Assembly (NCBI GenBank): GCA_937983475.1
Contig: CALJZV010000351.1
Span: forward strand, 1-40,622
Source of the DNA: an uncultured Verrucomicrobiales bacterium
Lineage (GTDB): Bacteria; Verrucomicrobiota; Verrucomicrobiia; Limisphaerales; JACDHS01
Reading direction: 5' to 3'
Length of the DNA stretch: 40,622 nucleotides
The stretch's first letter is position 1. Each line of letters starts with the position of its first letter. A program made the translations under genes and the position numbers. The notes under the pieces were generated by a model. The model had not been told where the DNA came from. It was given only the letters and a program-made list of their open reading frames with translations, and ran no database searches. This document shows, one piece after another, positions 1-7,236 of this stretch.

Positions 1-409
1 CCAGTACGTAGCCAAAGCAGGTCCAAACATTGCGGCCTTTGCCGGGGGTTCCCACAGTCAAGTCCGCGTCGTCGAGCTTCTTGTAAAGCCGTGTCATGTT
101 CGGACTGTTGAGCCAGAGCAGCTCAGGTCCCTGGGGCAATTGGGAGAAGATTTTTTTGGCCCGCTTCCATTCACGAGGACTGGCGTGGTCCACGCCGACG
201 ATGATCTGCTTAAGGTAACGCACGCCACGCAATTGGCGGATGATGCCACGCAGGGCCTTGGTGCCCAGTTCGCGGGCATGGCACGGGAGAACCAGCGCTA
301 TGGGTGTCTCCTCGGAGAAATCCATCAGTTCGCTTTCCATTCGCGCCAAATGCATCCGCCCGAGCCGGTGGAGCGTGGCAATGGCTCCTGTTTGAAAGAA
401 ATCCGACAT
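1..409 (-). CDS. Glucosyl-3-phosphoglycerate synthase-like glycosyltransferase, N-terminal ~136 codons (gene continues past the left edge)
   Basis: Absent from the ORF track because there is no stop in the window. My reverse-complement translation from the ATG (complement of 407-409) gives MSDFFQTGAIATLHRLGRMHLARMESELMDFSEETPIALVLPCHARELG...VGTPGKGRNVWTCFGYVL. The N-terminal FxQxGxIxTLH block and the GKGxxxW motif resemble GpgS/MpgS-type glycosyltransferases as I recall them. Confidence 0.55.
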   Translation of the reverse strand, partial: MSDFFQTGAIATLHRLGRMHLARMESELMDFSEETPIALVLPCHARELGTKALRGIIRQLRGVRYLKQIIVGVDHASPREWKRAKKIFSQLPQGPELLWLNSPNMTRLYKKLDDADLTVGTPGKGRNVWTCFGYVL

Positions 410-690
410 GCAAAGAAAATATAAGCGTCGTTGTTCGTTATTAGACAAGTTTCAATTCCAAAAAATTTCCCGCGAGGCGTGTATTTTCCCGCAATGCAAC
501 ACTCGTCGAAAAACAAGGTGGCCATCTGGAGAAACCATCGGCTGTGATGGTGGGTTTTCCGCAGACTTTGGCCGGGTGAATTCGCACTTGTCAGCAAGGT
601 TTCAATCGCATTGAACCCTGGCCCTTCAGCGTTAACTTGGATTGCTCTTGGGTTTCGTAAATTGGCCGGGAAATCCCCACGGGCAATGGA

Positions 691-2802
691 ATGAATTGGC
701 AAGAGAGACAAAGTGAACCGGGGTTTGCCTTGGACACGGTCCGCATAAATATGATGACTTCCGGCAAATTTAAACTACCGGCAACACGAAAACTTCCAAA
801 GAAAACCCCGGCCTTCATACAAGCCATTCAATTATGTTTTATTGCGGGGATTGTGATGATTTCATGCGAATCAACCCACTTAATGGCTGCGGAGTTTTAT
901 GTTTCTCCTGCGGGATCCCCCACCGGCAACGGCAGCTTGAGGCGTCCATGGGACCTGGAAACTGCCTTGGATCATCCCCCTGTGCTCATGCCCGGTGATG
1001 TGATCTGGTTGCGCGGAGGTGTCTATCGTAAAAATGGGCAGGTCACCAAATTTGAGAGCGACTTGCAGGGTGCCCCGGGGCAACCGATTACGGTGCGTCA
1101 ATATCCAGGCGAACGGGCCACGATTGATGGCAACATTATGCAAATCAATGGCGGCTGGGTGAACTACTGGGGATTCGAAATCATGAACTCGCACTCCAAC
1201 CGTCTGACTGGCGAAAGCGGCCCTTTTCCGACCGCGTTTTGGTCAATCCAAAACGGCAAAACCAATGACCTTGCCGTCAGCGGATTTGACCTGCGGGCGC
1301 CCAACGTCAAACTCATCAACCTGGTCATCCATGACAGCATTGGCGGAGGCATCGGCATCAGCGCCCTGGCCGAAAACCCGGAAATTTATGGGACAATTTC
1401 CTATTACAACGGGTGGCAGGGATGTGATCGGGGGCACGGGCATGGAATATATATTCAGAATGCGGACCCGAGTTCGGCGCGAATTGAGGACAATATTTTC
1501 TACGGCAACTACGCACTTGGCATACAGGCAACGGCAAACGAATTCCTGGTGGACAATCTTCATCTGGAGGGAAACGTGATGTTCTTGAATGGGATTCTGG
1601 CGCGCGGACATCAGGGCAACCTGCTGATTGGCCCAGCCACCGGTCAGGCCAGGAATGCGTTGTTGAAGCAAAACATCGTCTTTGACACCGAGGGCAGTGA
1701 TTCGGATTCGGTGATTGGATATATCGGCGGGACGACGGATGCCCGGCTCATTGAAAACTATTTTCAAACCAGCGTCTTTTTTTCCCAAAACAACGAGAAC
1801 CTGTTTCTTGCCAGCAACGTCTTTCTCAGTGGCACCCTCTTCCTGGACCGAAATGAGTATCCTGACAACCTCTACCTGACCAATGCGCCACAAACCAATC
1901 ACGTCATCATCCGAACAAACAAATACGAACCGGGGCGCGCGCACATCATAGTATTCAACTGGGAAAACTCAGCGGCTATTTCTATAGACCCAGGCGAATT
2001 CCTGCCGCCGGGGGAGCGCTTTGAAATTCGGTCTGCGCAGAATTATTTCGGGGGCCCCGTTTTGAGGGGGACTTACAACGGCGCTCCCATTCTGGTGCCA
2101 TTGAAAGGCCATCCCGTCAGCAAGCCCGTTGGCACCAATGCCCCAATTTCCGCAGCCCCTCAATTCCACGTGTTTGTGCTCCTCCCGAGCGTTGCTGCTC
2201 CCAATCCGGCTCCCAATACCCCGCCTGCTCTTTCGGCGATCGAAGACCAGGTTGTGGACGAAAATACCACGACGCCGCCCATCGGACTGACCGTCTCCGA
2301 CGCGGAAACACCTCCAGAACATCTGGTGCTGTCGGTATATTCCTTCGACCCTCAGCTCATTCCGCACAAAAATATATCCTTCACCGGCACCGGATCTTCT
2401 CGCTCGCTCTCGATACACCCCGCCACCAACCAGACCGGCACCACTCAGATCATCCTCTTTGTAAGCGACGGTTTGTTGTCCGCCGGTGCGGAATTCACAC
2501 TCACGGTAAATCCCTCTCCCGCCGGAAACCCATCCCCCGAAGAGCCGCCTCCGGCGCAAATGACACCCACCAACCAGTTTTCAATAACGCTCACCATCTT
2601 CAATCAGCAAACCGCTGTCCTGGTGGTGCGGGGCGATCCCGGAGCCGTTTATGATGTCCACGCCTCGCCGGACCTTTTGGATTGGGACGCCATCGGCACC
2701 ATCGTGGCTGCCTGCGACGGGGTGGGCCGATTTACGGACCCCGAGCCCGTTGTTCATGAGTCGAGGTGTTACCGGCTGGTCATTGCCGCGCCTCCACCAT
2801 GA
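691..2802 (+). CDS. Secreted right-handed parallel beta-helix protein with C-terminal Ig/cadherin-like domain
   Basis: 703-aa ORF. Hydrophobic signal/anchor segment AFIQAIQLCFIAGIVMISC. Motif AAEFYVSPAGSPTGNGSLRRPWDLETAL...GDVIWLRGGVYR is typical of DUF1565/pectate-lyase-fold proteins, followed by repeated beta-helix turns (NLVIHDSIGGGIGIS, NIFYGNYALGIQA, LEGNVMF). The C-terminal block DQVVDENTTTPPIGLTVSDAETPPEHLVLSV...FTLTVNP is Ig/cadherin-like. The true start may be ATG 691 or the MMTSGKF start near 751. Confidence 0.75.
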   Translation: MNWQERQSEPGFALDTVRINMMTSGKFKLPATRKLPKKTPAFIQAIQLCFIAGIVMISCESTHLMAAEFYVSPAGSPTGNGSLRRPWDLETALDHPPVLMPGDVIWLRGGVYRKNGQVTKFESDLQGAPGQPITVRQYPGERATIDGNIMQINGGWVNYWGFEIMNSHSNRLTGESGPFPTAFWSIQNGKTNDLAVSGFDLRAPNVKLINLVIHDSIGGGIGISALAENPEIYGTISYYNGWQGCDRGHGHGIYIQNADPSSARIEDNIFYGNYALGIQATANEFLVDNLHLEGNVMFLNGILARGHQGNLLIGPATGQARNALLKQNIVFDTEGSDSDSVIGYIGGTTDARLIENYFQTSVFFSQNNENLFLASNVFLSGTLFLDRNEYPDNLYLTNAPQTNHVIIRTNKYEPGRAHIIVFNWENSAAISIDPGEFLPPGERFEIRSAQNYFGGPVLRGTYNGAPILVPLKGHPVSKPVGTNAPISAAPQFHVFVLLPSVAAPNPAPNTPPALSAIEDQVVDENTTTPPIGLTVSDAETPPEHLVLSVYSFDPQLIPHKNISFTGTGSSRSLSIHPATNQTGTTQIILFVSDGLLSAGAEFTLTVNPSPAGNPSPEEPPPAQMTPTNQFSITLTIFNQQTAVLVVRGDPGAVYDVHASPDLLDWDAIGTIVAACDGVGRFTDPEPVVHESRCYRLVIAAPPP

Positions 2803-2904
2803 ATACCATTGGTGTAATAAACGATCCCCCTGGCTTCGATTCCAACTCCCCCTTGGTAAGCTTTGACATTAAGGCATGAAACTGGCATTCAAGCTACCAG
2901 ACCA

Positions 2905-5900
2905 ATGCCTTTGGATCCCTCACAAGAAGATTTCAAATACTGGGCATTCATCAGCTACAGCCATTCCGATGACAATTGGGCGGAATGGCTGCACAAGGGC
3001 TTGGAAACGTATAAGATTCCCAAACGCCTTATCGGCAAGCCCAGTCGCGAAGGTATTGTTCCCCGCCGCGTCTTTCCTGTCTTTCGAGACCGAGACGAGC
3101 TACCCGGTTCGGCCAACTTGGGTGACAACATCGAGTCAGCCCTCCGCCTGTCGCGCTATCTCATCGTCATCTGCTCACCCCGCGCGGTCCATTCCAAGTG
3201 GGTGGACAAGGAAATCCGCATGTTCAAATCCTGGGGGCGTGAAGACCGCGTCCTGTGTTTGGTCGTGGATGGCGAGCCCAACGCCAGTTCCTTTCCTCAA
3301 CTGGGCCAGCAGGAGTGCTTTCCCGAAGCCATTCGTTATTGGGTGGACCACGAGCAGCGCATCACCGAAATCCCCACCGAACCCATCGCCGCCGACGCGC
3401 GCAAGGGCAAGGACGGCAAGCGCAATGCCCTTTTGAAACTGCTGGCCGGAATCATTGGCGTGGACTTTGACGCGCTGAGGCAGCGAGACCATGAGCGCGA
3501 GGAACGCCAGCTAAAAATCGTTTTGGCCACCGCCTTCATTCTGCTGTTCATCTTTTCAGTGCTGGGCGTGGGCTTTTACTTTCAGCGAAATGAAGCCATC
3601 CGCTCCAGAAATGTTGCAGAAATCGAGCGTGTCCGCGCTGAACAGGCCCGCGCTCGAGCGGATTTGGAACGGGCCGCGGCCGAAGAAGCCAGGGACCTCG
3701 AGGCCCGCGCCAAGGAAGAGGAGCGCGCCGCCCGCGAACAAGCCGAAGCCGCTGCGGCGGCGGAACGTGAAGCCAAAGTGGTCGCTGAGCAGGCCCGGAA
3801 AAAGGAAGAACTGGCCCGAGTTCAGGCCGAGCAGGCCCGGCGCGGAGAGGAGCAGGCCCGGTTAGCGGCGGAAGAGGCCCGCATTGCAGCTGAAAAGGCC
3901 GAACTGGAAATGCGCCGCACGCTCTCAGTTTCAGATCTCACCTCCGCCGGCAGGCTCATTGACGAGAATAACGAAGCCATCGCCATGGCCTATTTGTCGC
4001 GAGCCTTGCGCTACGATCCCGGCAACCCCGCCGTAGTCAGCCGCGCCGTCTCGCTTCTGTCGCAACGAAACTGGCCGCTCCCCGCCATGGAGCCCATTCG
4101 CCACGAATCCGAAGTAAGCTTGGCGCTGTACAGTCCGGATGGACGATGGCTGGCAACTGTCGCTGGCTCAACGGTGAGAATCTTGGATTCCGGAAACGGT
4201 AATTTGGCGTGTTCTCCGATGGTTCATGGTCAAAAAATCAATTCCGCAACATTCAGCCCGGATGGAAAACTGTTGCTGACTGCTTCGGACGACGGCACCG
4301 CACAATTGTGGAACATTCCCACAGGCACCCGGAACGGTGCCCCCATTACCCACAAAGACCGGATACTTTACGCCGTCTTCAGCAGGGATGGCCATTGGAT
4401 TGGCACCGCTTCCCAGGACAAGTCCGCCCGCGTCTGGGACGCTGCAACCGGAAGTCCTGTGACGCCGCCATTGCAACACGACGGTCCTGTCCGCGTGATT
4501 CTTTTCAACCCTGTCGGAAAATCCGTTCTGACCACATCAGTCAACACGGCACGAATCTGGGACGTCACAGCGGACCATTCTGTTGGAATGGCCATGGCAC
4601 AGGATGGTGGCGTTTATTCTGCCGATTACAGCCCGGACGGGCGCTATGTGGCGACCGGCTCCGGCGACCGCACCGCCCGCCTTTGGAATGCGATCACCGG
4701 GGAATTGGTTGCCGAGCCGCTCAAGCACGACAATTGGGTTTTCATGGTCAAGTTCAGCCCGGATGGCCGCCATTTATTGACTGCTTCAAGCGATACCAAA
4801 GCTCGAATCTGGGATGTTTCAAGTCGCCAACAGGTGGGTGCTTCCATGAAGCACGAGGGCGGCGTCAACACCGCTGTCTTCAGCCCAAATGCCCGGTGGA
4901 TTGTCACATCTTCCGCCGATGGCACCGCCCGGGTTTGGGATGCTTTTAGCGGCGAAATGATCGCCGCACCGACGCGGCCCAACGCGCCGGGGCGGCAGGC
5001 GCACTTCAGTCCCGATGGGCGCCGGGTGACCACCGCATCTGCTGACGGGACAGCGCGCATCTGGAGCATTGTGAACAGCAAACCGGGCGTCCTGGCCCTT
5101 GAGCATGACCAACCGCTTAACGGCGTTTCCTTCACCCCGGATGGCCGCCATTTGATTTCCTTCTCCGCCGACCGAACCGCCAAAGTCTGGGATGTGGCAA
5201 CCGGCAGAAAAGCCATTGAACCGCTTCGCCATAAAAAATCCATCGGCGCAATCGCCATCAGCCCGGCTGGCCGGTTTTTGGCGACCGGCTCGGATGATTT
5301 CACCGCACAGGTTTGGGAGTTGTCCACGGGCATGCCCGCGTTCTCTCCACCCCTGGAGCATCAAGGCGTCGTGACAAGCGTCCAATTCAGCCCGGATGGC
5401 CGCAGGCTTCTCACAGCGTCCGACGACCGCCGTATCCGCCTTTGGGATCTTTCAACAGGATCAATGAGCATCGAACCCCTCAGACACGAGGGCGAAATCA
5501 AAGCCGCGCAGTTCAACGCCGACGGGCAATTTATTGTCACTGCCTGCTCAGACAGAAAGGGCCGAATCTGGTCTGCCAACACCGGCAAGTTGCTGGCCTC
5601 TGTTTCACATGGAGCTGAGGTGCGCAGCGTGGCGATAAGCCCCGATGGGCGTTGGCTGGCGACCGGCTCGGAGGACAGGACGGCGCGTATATGGGATGCT
5701 GCTTCCGGCAGGCCGATCACCGATCCCCTGCCCCACGATGGCCCTGTGAACAGCGTGGTGTTCTCTCCGAAATCAACGTGGCAGGACAACAAGTGGATCC
5801 TCACCGCGTCGGACAAAATCCTTCGCCTGTGGGAAGCCCCCTCCGGCAAAGCGGTCACCGAACCGATGAAGCACAACGAAACCATTCGCTCCGTCCAATT

Positions 5901-7071
5901 CAGCCCGAACGGCGAATTCCTCCTTTCCGCCGCTGGCAAATCCGTCCAGGTCTGGGACCGAAGCGGAAAGCCGGTGGCAGAGCCGCTGATTCACGACGGT
6001 TCCGTCAAGCAAGCCGTATTCAGTCCCGATGGCACTTCCATCGCCACGGCGGCCAGCGACCAAAAGGCGCGTGTCTGGTTCTTCTCGCCGCGCGGCACCG
6101 CCCCGGACTGGCTCGTCCAATTGACCACCGGCATTGCACGTTACAAGTTGGATGATTTTGGCGCCGCTGAATATATTCACGATACCTGGTCTCAATTGGA
6201 AACCTTGAAAGCCTCGTTCAACGTGCCGTCACCCGGCGACCAATACACGCAATGGGGCCGCTGGCTCCTCACCGACCGCCTCGCCAGAAATCTTACGCCG
6301 TTCAACGCCATTCCCGTGTCTGACTACATTGATCAACAAGTTGCGGAAGGATCGCCTACCAGCCTCAAAGTTGCCCTTGATCTTCAGCCGGATCACGCCT
6401 TGGCCCTGGCGAAAACCGCCCGCCTTTCGCTTACCACGGAAGAAGCCGAATACCTCTCCATACTGGCCGAGCGTTACGCCCCAACGAACCCCGATGTGTT
6501 GTGGTTGCGTGCCCTCACGCTCCAACGCTTCAATCGACTGGCTGAGTCCTGGTCTGTCATGGAACGGGCCATTCAATTCGACCCAAGGGCCGGCGTCACT
6601 TTTGGCCCCACCGGCTTCACAATGCATCAATCAAAAGACAATGGCGCGGTGGTGCGCGGCTGGATCCCCTTGGGATGGATCCCGCATAATTCCACCCCCC
6701 TCCTCGATGCCCATTTTTCCAAAGTGGAGGAAGTGCCCCAACCGGGCTTGACGGCCATCGAATTGCGGTTGGATGGGCCAAACAAGGGACAGACAGAGCT
6801 GCGCGGTCCCAGGGTCATCTGCCAGCGCTACAACAAATGTGTCATCGAAGGTTGGGTCCGCAGCCCGATCAAGTCCGACCTGGGGGTGACGATTGCTCAA
6901 TTCGTGGATCCCGCCCAGAAATATCGCGAACAACTGGTTCGCACGACGCCTGAATGGAAACGCTTTCGCATTCAATATACACCCACCCAAAACATCGCCT
7001 CCGAGGTGAGATTGTTTGCCAACACCGGTGCGCATCTTCAAGTCGCCAGTGTGACCGTCCGCGTGGAATGA
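2905..7071 (+). CDS. TIR domain / single TM helix / coiled coil / 16x WD40 repeat / C-terminal TPR-like and beta-rich domain protein
   Basis: The track ORF 2863..7071 starts at TTG. The first in-frame ATG is at 2905 (MPLDPSQEDFKYWAFISYSHSDD). See the domain sub-features below. The ORF is unbroken, with strong protein repeat periodicity. Confidence 0.9.
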   Translation: MPLDPSQEDFKYWAFISYSHSDDNWAEWLHKGLETYKIPKRLIGKPSREGIVPRRVFPVFRDRDELPGSANLGDNIESALRLSRYLIVICSPRAVHSKWVDKEIRMFKSWGREDRVLCLVVDGEPNASSFPQLGQQECFPEAIRYWVDHEQRITEIPTEPIAADARKGKDGKRNALLKLLAGIIGVDFDALRQRDHEREERQLKIVLATAFILLFIFSVLGVGFYFQRNEAIRSRNVAEIERVRAEQARARADLERAAAEEARDLEARAKEEERAAREQAEAAAAAEREAKVVAEQARKKEELARVQAEQARRGEEQARLAAEEARIAAEKAELEMRRTLSVSDLTSAGRLIDENNEAIAMAYLSRALRYDPGNPAVVSRAVSLLSQRNWPLPAMEPIRHESEVSLALYSPDGRWLATVAGSTVRILDSGNGNLACSPMVHGQKINSATFSPDGKLLLTASDDGTAQLWNIPTGTRNGAPITHKDRILYAVFSRDGHWIGTASQDKSARVWDAATGSPVTPPLQHDGPVRVILFNPVGKSVLTTSVNTARIWDVTADHSVGMAMAQDGGVYSADYSPDGRYVATGSGDRTARLWNAITGELVAEPLKHDNWVFMVKFSPDGRHLLTASSDTKARIWDVSSRQQVGASMKHEGGVNTAVFSPNARWIVTSSADGTARVWDAFSGEMIAAPTRPNAPGRQAHFSPDGRRVTTASADGTARIWSIVNSKPGVLALEHDQPLNGVSFTPDGRHLISFSADRTAKVWDVATGRKAIEPLRHKKSIGAIAISPAGRFLATGSDDFTAQVWELSTGMPAFSPPLEHQGVVTSVQFSPDGRRLLTASDDRRIRLWDLSTGSMSIEPLRHEGEIKAAQFNADGQFIVTACSDRKGRIWSANTGKLLASVSHGAEVRSVAISPDGRWLATGSEDRTARIWDAASGRPITDPLPHDGPVNSVVFSPKSTWQDNKWILTASDKILRLWEAPSGKAVTEPMKHNETIRSVQFSPNGEFLLSAAGKSVQVWDRSGKPVAEPLIHDGSVKQAVFSPDGTSIATAASDQKARVWFFSPRGTAPDWLVQLTTGIARYKLDDFGAAEYIHDTWSQLETLKASFNVPSPGDQYTQWGRWLLTDRLARNLTPFNAIPVSDYIDQQVAEGSPTSLKVALDLQPDHALALAKTARLSLTTEEAEYLSILAERYAPTNPDVLWLRALTLQRFNRLAESWSVMERAIQFDPRAGVTFGPTGFTMHQSKDNGAVVRGWIPLGWIPHNSTPLLDAHFSKVEEVPQPGLTAIELRLDGPNKGQTELRGPRVICQRYNKCVIEGWVRSPIKSDLGVTIAQFVDPAQKYREQLVRTTPEWKRFRIQYTPTQNIASEVRLFANTGAHLQVASVTVRVE
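2935..3279 (+). other. TIR (TIR_2-like) domain of the 2905..7071 protein
   Basis: KYWAFISYSHSDDNWAEWLHKGLE...VFPVFRDRDELPGSANLGDNIESALRLSRYLIVICSPRAVHSKWVDKEIRMF...VLCLVVDGEP. The SxWxxxE(I/L) alpha-C motif is present, with the candidate catalytic Glu codon GAA at 3211-3213. Confidence 0.8.
3514..3582 (+). other. Predicted transmembrane helix of the TIR-WD40 protein
   Basis: KIVLATAFILLFIFSVLGVGFYF is a 23-residue hydrophobic stretch flanked by charged residues (RQRDHEREERQL upstream, QRNEAIRSRN downstream). Confidence 0.7.
3598..3912 (+). other. Ala/Glu/Arg-rich coiled-coil segment (repeated AEQAR-like motifs)
   Basis: ERVRAEQARARADLERAAAEEARDLEARAKEEERAAREQAEAAAAAEREAKVVAEQARKKEELARVQAEQARRGEEQARLAAEEARIAAEKAELE. 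The DNA shows recurring gagcaggcccgg. Confidence 0.7.
4096..6085 (+). repeat. Array of 16 WD40 repeats (protein-level repeat, diverged at DNA level)
   Basis: I counted 16 units of about 40-42 aa. Each has the pattern H.. V....FSPDG..L.T.S.D.TARIWD, for example FSPDGKLLLTASDDGTAQLWN, YSPDGRYVATGSGDRTARLWN, ISPDGRWLATGSEDRTARIWD. Confidence 0.9.
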
Positions 7072-7102
7072 TCTCCTGAGAGCCTGTCTGAAAATCTCCA
7101 CT

Positions 7103-7125
7103 GGCTTTGCCAAAGCCTTTTTGCC
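7103..7125 (+). terminator. Weak candidate intrinsic terminator after the TIR-WD40 gene
   Basis: ggcttt-gcc-aaagcc (6-bp stem) followed by ttttt, about 30 nt after the stop at 7071. The stem is short. Confidence 0.3.
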
Positions 7126-7236
7126 TATTCTCCCCGCTCTGTTGGCGCCGGTTCGGGGTCAACTTTGGCTCCCCAAAGCTGCATTCACTCCCGGACGCGC
7201 CACATTGACTTTTGGCTAATTATAAAACCTGAACAC

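Noticed and set aside
410-690. A ~280-nt AT-richer intergenic region checked for a tRNA or riboswitch. It contains the 9-nt direct repeat ttggccggg at 568-576 and 662-670, and an imperfect hairpin around 598-622.
   Set aside because: There is no tRNA-like T-arm or anticodon-arm pattern and no riboswitch consensus I recognise. A 9-nt repeat and a mismatched 9-bp stem are within chance expectation. The region is most simply a divergent promoter.
2863-2904. Upstream extensions of track ORFs using TTG or other alternative starts. Examples: 2863 for the TIR gene, 7165 for alaS, 12136 for the EEP gene, 16162 for pabB, 23105 for DUF2254, 39076 for the kinase, 34347 for ROK, 29775 for the 2-TM ORF.
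   Set aside because: In each case an internal ATG gives a canonical family N-terminus or signal peptide, and/or removes overlap with the neighbouring gene. The extensions encode non-conserved-looking peptide.
3640-3900. Recurring gagcaggcccgg / gaagaggcccg motifs (possible microsatellite).
   Set aside because: They are in-frame codons for the AEQAR/EEAR coiled-coil heptads of the TIR-WD40 protein, not a non-coding satellite.
4096-6085. Regular ~120-126-nt periodicity that could be mistaken for a tandem DNA repeat or CRISPR-like array.
   Set aside because: The periodicity is at protein level (WD40 blades). The DNA copies are diverged, there are no identical direct repeats with unique spacers, and the whole region is one open reading frame.
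7205-7226. TTGACT ... TATAAA upstream of alaS resembling -35/-10 hexamers.
   Set aside because: The spacer is only 10 nt, against the canonical 16-18. TATAAA would sit only 10 nt from the ATG. The sequence alone does not support a sigma70-type promoter.
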